This document shows positions 11,702 to 24,382 of a DNA stretch of 64,000 nucleotides, one piece after another; position 1 is the stretch's first letter, and the number at the start of each line of letters is the position of its first letter. The DNA is taken from positions 2,976,001 through 3,040,000 of the forward strand of contig JBHGNT010000011.1 of the NCBI GenBank assembly GCA_043228905.1, in the 5' to 3' direction. The notes beneath the pieces are model-generated. The model saw only the letters and a program-made list of their open reading frames with translations. It ran no database searches and had not been told where the DNA came from. The translations under genes were made by a program, and so were the position numbers. Source of the stretch: Azolla caroliniana (taxonomy: Eukaryota; Plantae; Polypodiophyta).

Positions 11702-12182
11702 AACAAAGAAACCTGACCTGAATGATCCTGTTTTGAGAGTGAAATTAGCTAAGGGTACGGGACACAACTATTACGGAGAACCCGCTTGGCCCAACGATCT
11801 TTTACATATATTTCCTGTCGTAATCTTAGGAACAAATGCTTGTATCGTGGGTTTAGCAGTTCTAGAACCATCAATGATTGGTGAACCGGCAAATCCTTTT
11901 GCAACTCCTTTGGAAATATCACCTGAGTGGTATTTTTTTCCCGTGTTCCAAATACTCCGTACAATTCCGAATAAATTATTAGGTGTACTTTTGATGGCAG
12001 CCGTACCCGCAGGTTTGTTAACAGTATCCTTCATTGAGAATGTTAATAAATTTCAAAATCCGTTTCGACGTCTGGTAGCTACAACAGTTTTTGTTATTGG
12101 TACTGCGGTTGCTGTTTGGTTAGGCATAGGAGCAACTCTACCAATTGATGGATCTTTAACTTTTGGATTATTTCAAAATTAG
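11702..12182 (+). pseudogene. petD: Plastid petD exon 2 (cytochrome b6f subunit IV), unedited genomic copy
   Basis: [48 protein letters not shown]; exon 1 not found. Confidence 0.95.
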
Positions 12183-12216
12183 AACCCTACTAGTTCATTG
12201 ACATGCACACAAAAAA

Positions 12217-12254
12217 TCTAGGGAGTGATTGTTACACCACAACATCTCCCTAGA
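12217..12254 (+). terminator. Plastid-type 3' inverted repeat stem-loop after petD
   Basis: TCTAGGGAG...CTCCCTAGA. Confidence 0.7.
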
Positions 12255-13288
12255 CTTGTTGTTTTTTTATAAGCAACTACTAAAATTTCGAAATGGTTCG
12301 ATTATTTATTCTATTTCTTATTTGACAACTAATTATACGTATACGACGACCAAAGCCGCATAACCGCTTTTTTCTGCATCCCCTTCTTGTCTGTCTATGC
12401 AAAAAAAAAATCACTACTTAGCCGCTTTCATTATTGATAAAGAGCCACAACGGGCAAGCAATGGGCTGGCCCACAACACCACAACACAAGGAGTACGATT
12501 CTGAGAAAAGACCTTTTATTCCTAATCCACGTTGTCGTGTTATTACGCAAGTGCGTGGAGAACAAGGCGAAACCACTGGGGTCTTGGACCGAGGAATAGG
12601 TGAGAAAAGGGAGAGAGAGAGACACACTCACACACGGATAGACAAAGAAGAGCGTAGGAGCGCAGCCCAACAACACAAGAGACACCAGTTGGGCAGGAGA
12701 TAGAGTATAAGAACGCGTATATAAATATATGTATGCAGATGACTCGAACGGTTACAGCCGATCAGGTCGGCGAGACGGGTGCCGACACCTGATCACCCAC
12801 ACACACAGGGGAGCAAGATGGAGATTCTGTCGGAAGCACACGGGCGTTCCACGGAACAGAATCAGCCTCTCGAGAACCTGCGCAAAGAAAGCTATGGAGA
12901 ACGACAGAGGAGAAGAGCTCGGTCCCAGTCCGACAGCACTTCGTCCCCTCTCCCCCTAGTGCCCCCCTCTCTCCCCGTCTCCCTCTCTTTTATAGCTCAA
13001 GGAGGGAGACCGTTTTCACCTGTTTACATCACATTAATTCTCTGTCCTTTCGGACAGAGATACTCCTCGATTCTCCCTATAGAATATTGCTACCTAGGAT
13101 TTGACTTTTGTGCCTACCTATCTAGTATACAACAAGGGGCGTGCCCACGTGTAAGGGCCGATTCACACACGCTATACACGGTTTGCACCTGGGGACGGTT
13201 TTCTTCACGACATCCGCCCCCACCTAACCGCGCATCCACCGGTATGCGCCAAAATTGGGTTCCTATTGGAGAAAACCGGTCCTTGCTT

Positions 13289-16200
13289 TTATTCCTCGTT
13301 TACCGGTTCGTTGCTGTCCATGCCCCCTAGCTCCGGCTCACCGTCGTGTTGTTTCTTGAACGCTTTGATCCTCTTCCCTGCTACCGGTATCGCCATTCTC
13401 GTATTGTCGAGCTCCGCGAGATGGTACGTCCCATTGTCATTGGTGCCTGTTACCACATAAGGCCCGAACACCCTCTTCGCAAACTTCCGCGTGGCCCTGT
13501 GCTGATTGTCGAGGCTGTTGTCGTAGACTAGCACCCAGTCGCCTTCCTCGATCTTCCTTGGCCGGAGCCGGTGTGTTCGGTCAAACCGGGCTTTGTTCCT
13601 TATCCTCACTACCCGAAGTTTCTCCGCGGCTCGCTCTACGTCCTCCGGCCTCCGCTCGAGCTGTCGAATCCGCGCCGCCAATAGTTCCTCCCGGCTCATC
13701 TCATCCCTCTAGTCCACCGTGGCCCACGAGGAAATCGTTCTCTCTGTTGGCATGATCGGCTTCTGTCCGAACATAAGCTCTGCCGGCATGAACTCGGTTA
13801 CCGAACTGTGCGTAGTCCAGTCCGCCCACAAGGCATATGGTAGCAGCCTTGGCCAGTTCCTGACTTGGCCTCCGCACGCCCGTACTAGTGCTTTGACAAT
13901 CGGCCCGTGTCCACGCTCTACCTTCCCGTTCGCCTCCGGATTGTACGCTGTGGTGAGCGAAAGTTTGACTCCTAGCTGGTCGAACAACTCTTTGGCCTCT
14001 TCTGCATCCAACTCACCACGGTCAGCCACGATCTTCCCTACGCACCCGTATCGACATACCACGTCCTCAATCAAAAACCGGCACACGGCTGCAGTCGTCT
14101 TGTTCTGCAAGGCTCGGCCTTCAACCTGGTTTGTTAGATCCTCCCGAGCCAGCACCAGATACCGCATTTGTCCTATCCCCATTGGCATCGTCACCAAATC
14201 CACCATCCACTTGAAGTGGACGGTCGGAGGGTAGGTCGGGTGAAGCTCGTCCCGGTGTCGTATCATGGAGTGCACCTGACAGCTTTCGCAAGTCGTCACG
14301 AACCGATGCACGTCCCGGTATAGTCCCGACCACCAGTACTTCCCCTTTAGCTTTTTGAACGTGGCCCACGTTCCACGGTATCCAGCCCAAGGACTATCGT
14401 GGTACGCCGCCAGCAAACCCTCCTGTTCCTCCTTCTTTGCCACCCCTTGGAGCGGGATGTCGTTCCTCTTCTTCGGGTGCTTCCATATGTACCCCTCCCG
14501 GAGGAAGAATCGGTATGCTTTCTTCTGAATCCAGTTGGCCTCATCCCTTGTCCATGCCGCGTCCGGTGTCATTGTTTTCAGGAACCCGCCGATCTGCAAC
14601 CACACCCCGTTGTACTTGCTCTCGTCAAAATCCTTAAGCGTTGGAGAGCATTCCCTGCCGGCTGTTACGTAAGCCGCCTCGAAGAAGTCCACGCTGACTT
14701 CCTCATCCTCTTAAACCATGCCGCCCTCGTTTTCGAACCTCGCCCTTGAAAGCATGTCGGCCATGGCATTGTCTTTCCCGGAAATGTGTCGTATTTCCGG
14801 ATTCAGGGACTTGATGTACGCTAATCACCTGAGCATTGCCAGGTCCGGCGTTGCACATCCGGAAACCATGCCAAGAATCGGCAGGCAGTCCGTCTCGATA
14901 ATTACCTCTGTCCCGATCAGGTAGTCTTTAACGGCCTTTAACGCCGAAACGATACCCCAAAGCTCGTGTTTAACCTGGGCGTATCCTCGTTGTCGCTTGT
15001 TGAGGACCTTCGCGCCGAACCGGATCGGAAAACGCATGCCGTCCTCGTCCTCTTGGTTGACGACCCATCCGATCCCGGTCGGACTCGTGTCTACCATTAC
15101 GCAAATTGGAGTGCTCTTTCCATAGACAACCTTTCGGAGCGCCGGAGCCGCGGTAAGTGCTTCCTTCATCTTCTGGACAGACTCTGTATGCTCGTCTCTC
15201 CACTCGAATTTTCGCCCCTTTTTCAGCAACCCGTATAACGGCTCCACGACGTGGGCGTAATGCGGGATCCATATGTGGTAGAACGCACATGCTCCCAAGA
15301 ACCTCCGAACCTCCGTGATCGAGCTACAGTCGGGCTTCATCGCGGAGATGGCTTCTACCTTAGCCGGAGACGGTTTCCGGCCGTACGGCCCGCATAGGTG
15401 TTCGACGACCATGATCTCTGATTGCCCGAAGGCCGATTTTCCCCCAGCGAAGGTGAGCCTCGCGCCCTCTAACCTCTGCAGCACCCTTTCGCAGTCATCT
15501 ATGTGCATCACCACGAATTTCCGGCACTCGTCCGCTCCGATCGTCTCGTCCTTTTCCTCCACCGGGCATCCCTTGATCGGGACGTCGTCCAGAAACGGCA
15601 TGGTGATGTCCGGGATACAATCCCTCAGCACCTTGTTCATTGCGTTCACCATGTGAGCCACCAAGTTCGTCCCTCCTTGCGGTAGGGTACACATCCGTAC
15701 TAGGCCGAGAGGAGTTCGCATTGTCGTGATGTCTCTGCTCTCTATGGCTAGCTGGAACTGATCGTACCCCGAGTAGAGATCATTGACTGAGTAAATTAAC
15801 CTTTCGGCGAAGGCCTCCGCGAACTCGTCTATTGTCGGTCCGACTCCTGCGTTCCGAATGGTCACCTTGTTGACCGGCTGCAGGTCTTGAATAAAGCGCA
15901 GCGTGCCATCCTTCTTCGGCACGGTAAACCACCGATTCGAGTATGGGGCACTCGACGGTTCGAGGATGCCCATCTCCACCCTTTGCTTTAGGAGCTCCAT
16001 CAACTTCGGGATGTGAGCTCTTGGCACCGGAATCGGCTTGAGATTCCACGGTACATGCGGCACCGTGAAGATCACCATTGGTTCGACAACTGTCGAGTCT
16101 ACGCACCTGATCTCCTCCGGTGAGAATGCGAAAGCCTTCCCGTGCCTCCTAAGCATTCTTCGAAACCGGTCCTCCTTCGCCGGCAGTAGGAAGCCGTCCC

Positions 16201-16752
16201 CACCGACCTTGAGCTCCCGTAGCGTTATGTCGGTGAACCGGTGCCCTATGCCGGCCGGATTCCGTAAACTTGGGTCCGACGCGACCCCCTTTATCCGCTC
16301 CTCGCTGCCCTCCGGCAAGGGTGTCGTGACTGGCCTCACCTTCCGGTCCACAGTCTTGTATTTCGTATCCACTTGGGCCGTCCGATCCGACCCGATCCTT
16401 CTTTCGAAGTCCGCGATGACTTCGTACATTTCTATCGACCCCACCGGAACGGTCCGGTCTTCTCTAAGGTCTTCACCGATCACCTTTCGTAGTTCGCCCA
16501 AGGTGTCGTCAAAAGAGACCGCCTCAACGGCTCCGTTGATGTTCTCGTCGGGGAAGAGGACTCTGCATCCCCTGAGCCGCTCCTCCGCTCGCTTCCTCTC
16601 CCTACCGCTGACGCTGGTTATAGTACAACCTCCGCTATCGGAGAGCCAAAATTTCCTACCTATGGTACAGGTCTTCTTTGCTATCGTACACTTGTGGGGT
16701 TTTCCCGGAGTGTCCGGACTATCACGGCCCCACACCTTGATAGCCCTCTCTA
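13289..16752 (-). pseudogene. Element B pol (RT-RNase H-integrase), several stops
   Basis: LPQGGTN, PFLDD, TDCLP, H..W..C..C, VADRGE, YNPEANGKVER, FGPY. Confidence 0.92.
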
Positions 16753-18876
16753 AAAATCCTCTCGGCTTTCGCCCCCGAGGGTCTCACGGTTCCGCTCACG
16801 GTTCGGTCTCACCGTCAGGAACTGGACCGAGTGGCGCTCATCCTGGCTCTTGACCCTTGCATAAGCCGAGCCGTTGTCCAACAACTTGGTCTCCATCCGT
16901 GCTGCCGTGATGTGCAGTTCTCCTAGTATAACCGGATGTGAGGACGTCTCCTGCACGAAGAAGTGTTGGTCAATCTCGACATCGCCGATCTTTACTCGTA
17001 CATTCGGGCAGGCTCCATGCAATTCTTCGGTGGCACGCGTCGCTGCTCATATTTTCCACCCGTGCTTGGTGTTGATCGGCCATTTCCCCTTCTTATAGAA
17101 GTCCATGGACATCAAATTGATTTCTGAACTGTGGTCCACTAACGCCACCACCGGTTCATGAACATCTCCGATCTTCATGGGGGTCTCCGTGGTCGCTCTA
17201 GCCTAGTGCGGCCTCCAATAGTGGCTCTCCGCCAACTCGTCTTATAGCGCCATGTCCTCTATGTGCGTCGTCTGCACCTCCACCGGCTTCTCCGGTTCTG
17301 TCTCCGTCGACAGCCTCTTCCTCTTCACCAAATCTACGATGGAGTCGTGGAACTCCTTCTTGGCGATCCCGAGCACTTCCCTCAGCAACAGTTCCACCTT
17401 GCTGTCGAGGATTCGTTCTTCCAGGACCTTTCGCAGGTCCGTGGATCTTTCGATTTCTGTGCCCAGCCGGTACCCGCCCCTCTTGGGATTATCTTGGGCG
17501 CCGGATACACCGGTCTCATTCCGTCTTTGCCCGAATCGAGTTTCATATCGTTGCGAGGGCCCGGCCCCTCCGGTTTTCCCTACCCGCTTGTCCTCCACCA
17601 GAGCCTCGTAGTTTTGACAAGCGGCTTCGACGAAGCCCGTCTTTTCTTCCACCGGGTCACTCCACCCGGTTACCTCCCAGACCCGTCTTTCCTCACAGTC
17701 CGCCTCTTCTTTCTTTAGTCGTGCGCCAGCGAGGCCTTCTAGCATCGTCGGCCAGAACCCGGCATTGTTCGTCTTCAGGGCCTCGCCACCTCCGACCCGA
17801 ATACCAGCTGACGCCGAGTAGTGGACGGTCTCCGCGTGACGAGCCGCCGCCTCCTCCATCAGCCTTTTCATACCCCCTCGCCCGACGTTCAGGTCCAGGG
17901 GCCTTCGGGTTTCACTGGCGTGCACCCGACCGTTCCACAGGTACACCACGTTGCTTCTCATCGCCTCGACGAAGTCCCCGCAGTCCTTCCGGATGTGGCC
18001 AACTGCGTCACACCACATGCACCTGTTTCTAGCCAGAGTTCGTCGGTCACGGCCCTGTTCACTACTGTCCCTCCGTGCCTGGGCGATCTGGAGGTCCTTT
18101 ACCATCTGCGTCAGTTCCTCCAGAGCTGCTCCCCCGGACGAGCCCTTGACCATGCCGGTCGAAGCCAATCCGGTCTCGAGCCAATCTTGGGTCTCTTCCC
18201 TTCGCGTTGGTGGTGTTGGCTCGAGCTTCCTTGCTGTGACAGAGCTCGCCCCTGTCGATCCTTTGGCAACCCATTCCTGCCATTTGTCGAAACAGCCACA
18301 GACCCTTTTCACCACGGCCCAGTCGGCCGTCAGCCTGTCATCAGTCTCCAATAGGAGGCCTACCTGCTCCCGATCCCGCTCATCAACTGACTTAACAAAC
18401 AATAGGACACAACTTGTGTCCAGAACGGTCCGGTCAAGCACCGAGAGGCGCGTGAAGCGTTCCTCAAACTCCCGGAGGAGCACCGACGCGTTCCTTCCTT
18501 TGTCGGGGGTCTCCACCCACTCCATGAAGTCCCGCTTCGAAAGTCGAAGCGCATCTTCAAGCTCGTATTTTTCGAGGAGCCAACCCTCGAACTCCTCCCA
18601 GGTCCGGCTCTCGGCCCGTACCTCGAGCACCTCCGTATGGATGCCCGACATTGCCACTCGAGGGAACCCGGCTAGACGCCTCTCTTCTGGAATGTCCCTC
18701 ATTACCATCTCAACCCGGTAGGATGCCAAGTAGCTCGTGGCATCCTTCCCACTAAACCGGCCGATCGTACCGACAACCGTCTCGATAGCCCTATCAAGGG
18801 CGCCGGTGCCTTCGCGCGCACTCACTATACGGTCCACAGCCGAAGCCATGGCTTCTGCGAGGTCTGACCCCCTCAT
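16750..18876 (-). pseudogene. Element B gag-protease ORF (internal stops)
   Basis: MRGSDLAEAM..., zinc knuckle CMWCDAVGHIRKDC, protease region, ends REDF*. Confidence 0.88.
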
Positions 18877-19599
18877 CTTCTACTCCTCTACCGCCTGTTC
18901 ACGTCGGGTTCACCAAATATGTGGCGTTATTACACGCGTGCGTGGAGAACAAGGCGGGACCACTGGGGTCTTGGACTGAGGAATAGGTGAGAAAAGGGAG
19001 AGAGAGAGACACGCTCACACACGGATAGACAAAGAAGCGCGCGGGAGCGCAACCCAACAACACAAGAGACACAAGTTGGGCAGGAGATAGAGTATAAGAA
19101 CGCGTATATAAATATATGTATGCAGATGACTCAAACGGTTACAGCCGATTAGGTCGGTGAGACGGGTGCCGACGCCTGGTCACCCACGCACACAGGGGAG
19201 CAAGATGGAGATTCTGTCGGAAGCACACGGGCGTTCCACGGAGCAGAATCAGCCTCTCGAGAACCTACGCAAAGAAAGCTATGGAGAACGACAGAGGAGA
19301 AGAGCTCGGTCCCAGTCCGACAGCACTTCGTCCCCTCTCCCCCTAGCGCCCCCCTCTCCCCCCGTCTCCCTCTCTTTTATAGCTCAAGGAGGGAGACCGT
19401 TTTCACCCGTTTACATCACATTAATTCTCTGTCCTTTTGGACAGAGATACTCCTCGATTCTCCCTATAGAATATTGCTACCTAGGATTTGACTTTTGTGC
19501 CTACCTATCTAGTATACAACAAGGGGCGTGCCCACGTGTAAGGGCCGGTTCACACACGCTATACACGGATTGCGCTTGGGGACGGTTTTCTTCACGACA

Positions 19600-19773
19600 A
19601 CGCGCACCTTGCTACTGGGTAATTCTGCAGCGAAACGGTCCCACGAAGCTTTTGAAACCTGATCTACGGATTTTTGTCCAAAACTCTTTAGTTTAAGCAA
19701 ATCATCCCGACTATAGTTAAGTAAATCATTTAGTGTATGTATCTCATCCCGTTTAAGACAATTAAAAGCCCTA
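19600..19773 (-). pseudogene. rpoA: Plastid rpoA 3' fragment (last codons and stop at 12522-12532, across element B)
   Basis: RAFNCLKRDEIHTLNDLLNYSRDDLLKLKSFGQKSVDQV...LPSSKVR|VD*; convergent with petD as in plastomes. Confidence 0.88.
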
Positions 19774-19898
19774 GTAGGCAGTGAATCAGGTTGAAAGTCA
19801 AAGGCGCCAGCTCAACTGGCGGAATGCCTTCAAAACCAATTTACTCGAGTGGGACAGAGGGGAGTGGAATTTCGTGTGTAGGGATAAAATCCGGAGAT
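19774..19898 (+). rRNA. rrn18: Mitochondrial small-subunit rRNA fragment (pseudo)
   Basis: GTAGGC..GAATCAGGTTGAAAGT..TGGCGGAATG..AAACCAATT..GAGTGGAATTTCGTGTGTAGGG..AAATCCGGAGAT matches plant mitochondrial rrn18 as I recall it. Confidence 0.8.
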
Positions 19899-20142
19899 AG
19901 GCATTTCAAGACGAAAGCAGGTTGGTTGTGAGTAGCTGACTATATGCGCCCCTCGCACACTGTCGTAGCATAAACTGCGGGACGGGATTCATCAAATAAA
20001 TAGGGGCGGCAGCCCAGCCCGGCCCGGCCGGATGAAGTCGGCCAAAAGGCAGGCACAAGCCAAAGAATAACGATATCGGCCTTCATGCTTGCTTTCTTGC
20101 TTGCTTCATGTGGATTTCTAGGCCTTCATGCGGTGATATACA

Positions 20143-20295
20143 ACAGCAACCTCTGTATTCATCATTGCTTTCATCGCAGCTCCTCCTGTAGATATTGATG
20201 GTATTCACAAACCCGTCTCTGGTTCCTTGCGTTACGGAAACAACATCATCTTTGGTGCTATCATTCTGACTTTTGCAGCTATCGGGTTACACTTC
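20143..20295 (+). pseudogene. psbA: Plastid psbA (D1) internal fragment
   Basis: [48 protein letters not shown]. Confidence 0.92.
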
Positions 20296-20316
20296 TGCAG
20301 CTATTGGTGCTATCAT

Positions 20317-21389
20317 ATATAAGGTAGAGCAAAAGATATTATCTTTGTTTCTATGTGTGGAGCATAGAGAGTTCAAGGTAACTTGAACTAAGAGTAGAGG
20401 TGGGCTAGCTACTCGTAAAGGGTTTTAGCCAACCAAAACCGGACCGGCGATGGAGCCGGTGATTCGACGCCAGTGAGACACCGGCAATCCGACGGCAATC
20501 CGGCGACGGCACCGATATCCGACGGCAACCGACGTCGGTGAGACGACGGCAATCTGGCGTCGGTGAGACGATGACATCCGGCAGCGGCACTGATATCCGA
20601 CGGCAACCGGCGTCGGTGAGACGACGGCATCCGGCGAGGCACCGGTAACCGACAGCATCCGACGTCGGTGAGACGACGACATCCGGCAGCGGCACCGATA
20701 TCTGATGGCAACCGGCGTTGGTGAGACGACAGCATCCGGCGAGGCACCAGTAACCGACAGCATCCGGTGAGGCACCGGTAACCGACAGCATCCGATGAAC
20801 CGGCGTCCGGTGACTAGATAAATAAATATATAAATATATATACATATGCAAGGAGGGCAAGTAAGGATTCGAACCTTGCACCTCCAGTTAGGAGTCAATT
20901 GGCTTACCATTAAGCCATGCCATTTAGTTGAATTTATATTTCTATCATTGTACTTTTACATATAAATTCTCATACATGAGAGCTAAAATGAGTGACATGG
21001 TTATCATGCACCACATGTAATACATAAGCGCCAAATGGCAAACATGCATTTTATGCATGTCTTGTACCCTCACATGCATCATATGCATGAGAGCATCTAT
21101 AAAAGAAGGAGGGGGGAGGAGAAAAAACACGTTTTTTTTGGGGTTATGAAATTAAGAAGAAGAGATTCGTTATCAAATTGATCGTGTAACATGTTTCTTA
21201 AATCTAAAGATAAAAGTTCAATCAATCTCTCTCAATCGTTGAATCTCAACTTCTCTCTTTCCCAATCTATCTTAAGTACTTTCTCGCTAAAGCTTGCGCG
21301 AAAAGCTCGTACCGACTTTGAATCCTTCCAGTCCAGAACCTTGGCGGTTCCGCCTCACGATCCGCGCGTAGTGACGGATCTTCACGACA
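20317..21389 (-). mobile_element. Truncated LTR (element D) of the same gypsy lineage inserted in element A pol; contains a GC-rich tandem array (20440-20815)
   Basis: Ends CTTCACGACA like the LTRs of A and B, followed by CCGT and resumption of the host pol; left end lost at the NUMT junction. Confidence 0.7.
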
Positions 21390-24382
21390 CCGTAGAGTGG
21401 TTCCGCGACATGTGCATAGTGCGGAACCCAGATGTGATAGAACGCACTCGCGGCCAAGAACCTTCGGACCTTTGTAACTGATCTGCATTCGTCCTTCATC
21501 ACGGAGATAGCCTCCACCTTTGTCGGAGATGGTTTCTAGCCGTAAGGCCCGCACAAGTGCCCGACTACCAGGATCTCCAACTGCCCGAAAGCTGACTTCT
21601 CTCTGGAGAAGGTGAGCCGCGCGTTCTCAAGCCTTTGTAGCACCTTCTCGCAGTCTTTGATGTGGTTCGCAACAAACCTCCGGCAACCATCCGGTGGAAC
21701 CGACTCATCCTTCTCTTCCACCGGACATCCCTTTATTGGTATGTCGTCCAAAAACGGCATGGTGATGTTTGGGATGCAGTCCCTTAGCACTTTGTTCATA
21801 GCATTCACCATATGAGCCACCGAGTTGGTCCCTCCTTGCAGCATGGTACACATCCGCACTAGGCCGAGAGGAGTTCGCATCGTCATAATATCCCTGCTCT
21901 CCACGGCTAGTTGGAACTAGTCGTACCCCGAGTATAGATCCCCGACCGAATAGATCGACCTTCCGGCGAATGCCTCTGCAAACTCGTCAATGGTCAGCAT
22001 GATACTTGCATTTTGAATGGTCACTTTATTAACCGGTTGCAGGTCCTAAATGAAGCACAACATGTCGTTCTTCTTTGGCACCATAAACTACCGGTTCGAA
22101 TATGGGGCACTCGATGGCTCGAGGATGCCCATTTCTACCTTCTGTTTTAGCAGCTTCACCAACTCCGGGATGTGAGCTCTAAGTACCGGAATTGGCTTGA
22201 GATTCCACGGCACATGCGGTACCGTGAAGATCACCATTGGTTCCACGATCGTCGAGTCCACGCACCCGATCTCCCCCGACGCAAACGCGAAGGCCTTCCC
22301 GTGCCTTCCGAGCATTCCCCGAAACCTCTCCTCCTCCACTAGCAGTAGGAAGCCACCCCCACCGACCTTGAGCTCCCGTAGCATTATTTCGGTGAACCGG
22401 TGTCCTATGCTGGCCGGATTCCGCAAACTTGGGTCCCATGCGACCCCCTTTATTCGTTCCTCACTGCCCTCCGGCAAGGGTGCCACGACTGGCCTCACCT
22501 TCCAGTCCACATTCTTATACCTTGTATCCACGCAGGCCGTTCGATCTGACCTGACCCTTTCCCCGAAGTCAGCAATGACTTCGTACATTCCCACCAAGTT
22601 AACCGGAATCATCCGCTCTTCACTGAGGCCTTCTTCGATCACCTTCCCGATTTCCCCGAGGGTGTCATCGAAAGAGACCGCTTCCACGGTGCCACTAATT
22701 TCCTCATTTGGGACGAGGACTCTGCATGTCCTGAGTAGTTCCTCTACCCGCTTCTTCTCCCGGCCGTTGATGCTGGCTATAGTACAACCTCCGTTATCAG
22801 AGAACCAAAATTTCCTACCTATGGTACAGGTGTGGGGATCTTCCGGGGTGTCTGGACTATCACGGCCCTACACCTTGATAGCCCACTCTAAAAATCCCCT
22901 CGTTCGCCACTGCTGAGGGTTTCATGGTTCCGCTCATGGTTCGGTCGTACGGTCAGGAATTGGATGGAGTGCCGTCCATCTTGGCTCTTTACGCATGTGT
23001 ATGCCGAACCGTTATCCAACACCCTTGTCTCCATACGCGCTGCCATAATGTATGGCTCGCCGAGTATCACTAGGTGCGAGGACGTCTCCTACACAAAAAA
23101 GTGTCGATCGATCTCGACGTCGCCGATCTTGACATGTACATTCGGGCACGCCCTGTGCAGCTCCTCCGTAGCGCGGGTCGCCGCGTGTATTTTCCAGCCG
23201 TGCTTGGTGTTGATCGACCACCTCCCCTTTCTATAGAAGTCCATGACATCAGGTTGACCTCCGAGCCGTGGTCTATCAATGCCACCATAGGCTCCTAGAC
23301 ATCCCCGATCCGAACAGGGGTCTCTGTAGTGGCCCTGGCCCAGTGCGACCTCGAATAGTGGCTTTCCGCCAACTCGTCTTCCAGGGCCTTGAATTCCAGG
23401 TGCATGGTTCGCACCTCCATTGGTTTCTCTGGTTCCGGCTCCGTCGAGAGCCGTTTCCACTTCACCAAGTCCACGATCGAATCGTGGAACTCCTTGGCGA
23501 TCCCGAGAACCTCCCTCAGCGACAACTCCACCTTGCTGTCGAGGATCCGTTCTTCAAGGACCTTTCGTAAGTCTGTTGACCTCTCGATCTCCGTGCTCAG
23601 CCAGTAACCGGCCCGCTTCGTTTTGTCGGGTACGCCGAGGTTACCATCATCGTTTTGCTTCTGCTTGAACCGGGTCTTGTACTGTTGTGAGGGCCTGGCA
23701 CCTCCGGCCTTTCCCGCGCGCTTGTCTTCTACCAGAACATCGTAGTTCTAGCACGCGGTGTCGCGAAAATACGACGAGGATACGTGAACGTTGAGGCAAG
23801 ACCCCGGGGCCTTTGTCTAGACGATATCAAATTCGTGTATTTATATACTAAGAATTAACCGAAATGAGAAAGATTAACAAATTTCATTAATAAAAGGGAA
23901 AGAAAGATTACAATCAATCCCAAGATTGGGATTACAAAAGTTTATCTTATGGAGATGATTAGAATAATAGATTAGAGGAAATAAGAGATTATGATTCTTG
24001 AGTGATATGGCTTTGACAAGGAATTTTGGATTTTGAGAGATTGCTTCCGTATGGAAATTATGGTTTACTTGAGAGATCGCTTCCGTAGGGAAGATTAGGG
24101 TTATTGGCTTCGATAAGATAAGAGAGCTCCCCAAAGAAAAGGAAAAAAAATAATTTAGATATTATGGAGAGTATGGCAGTATAGGAAAAAAAATGGAATT
24201 ATATATGGAGTTCCTCGTTGATCATATGCCTCCACTTTTAGTTGCATAGCTTTTCTTTTCGTTGAATCTATTTTTAGTTGCATGGCTTTTTCTTTAGTTG
24301 CATGCGACCATCCACTTGACCTTTACTTTAGTTTGTTGCATGATCCAATCTTTCGTCTGTCCGCGTCCAACCTTGTCCTGTA

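Larger units (their letters stand above)
12533..19599 (-). mobile_element. Ty3/gypsy element B (tRNA-Trp PBS lineage), full length; 680-bp LTRs 12533-13212 and 18920-19599
   Basis: Highly similar LTRs; TSD ACGT/ACGC; PBS TGGTGAACCCGACGTGAA complementary to the plant tRNA-Trp 3' end; PPT AGGTGGGGGCGGA; inserted into the rpoA 3' end. Confidence 0.96.
8059..20316. other. Organellar insertion (NUMT with plastid-derived pieces): 8059-12532 and 19600-20316, split by element B
   Basis: Contains mitochondrial trnW, trnR(UCG), an rrn18 fragment, GCAA/CCCAG short repeats, and plastid petD, rpoA and psbA fragments. Confidence 0.88.

Noticed and set aside
11688-12182. 164-aa ORF as a functional nuclear petD gene
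   Set aside because: The ATG lies in intron domain VI; exon 1 and a transit peptide are absent, and the codons are unedited.
12779-13330. 183-aa ORF and its copy at 19157-19696
   Set aside because: Antisense within the duplicated LTRs of B, with no recognisable domain.
8059-20316. The window being an organellar genome or a contaminant
   Set aside because: The organellar pieces are nested within nuclear LTR elements with TSDs, show decay, and a spliceosomal gene lies in the same window.
20405-20910. Cys/Arg-rich ORFs
   Set aside because: They are translations of a stop-poor tandem array, open in several frames at once.
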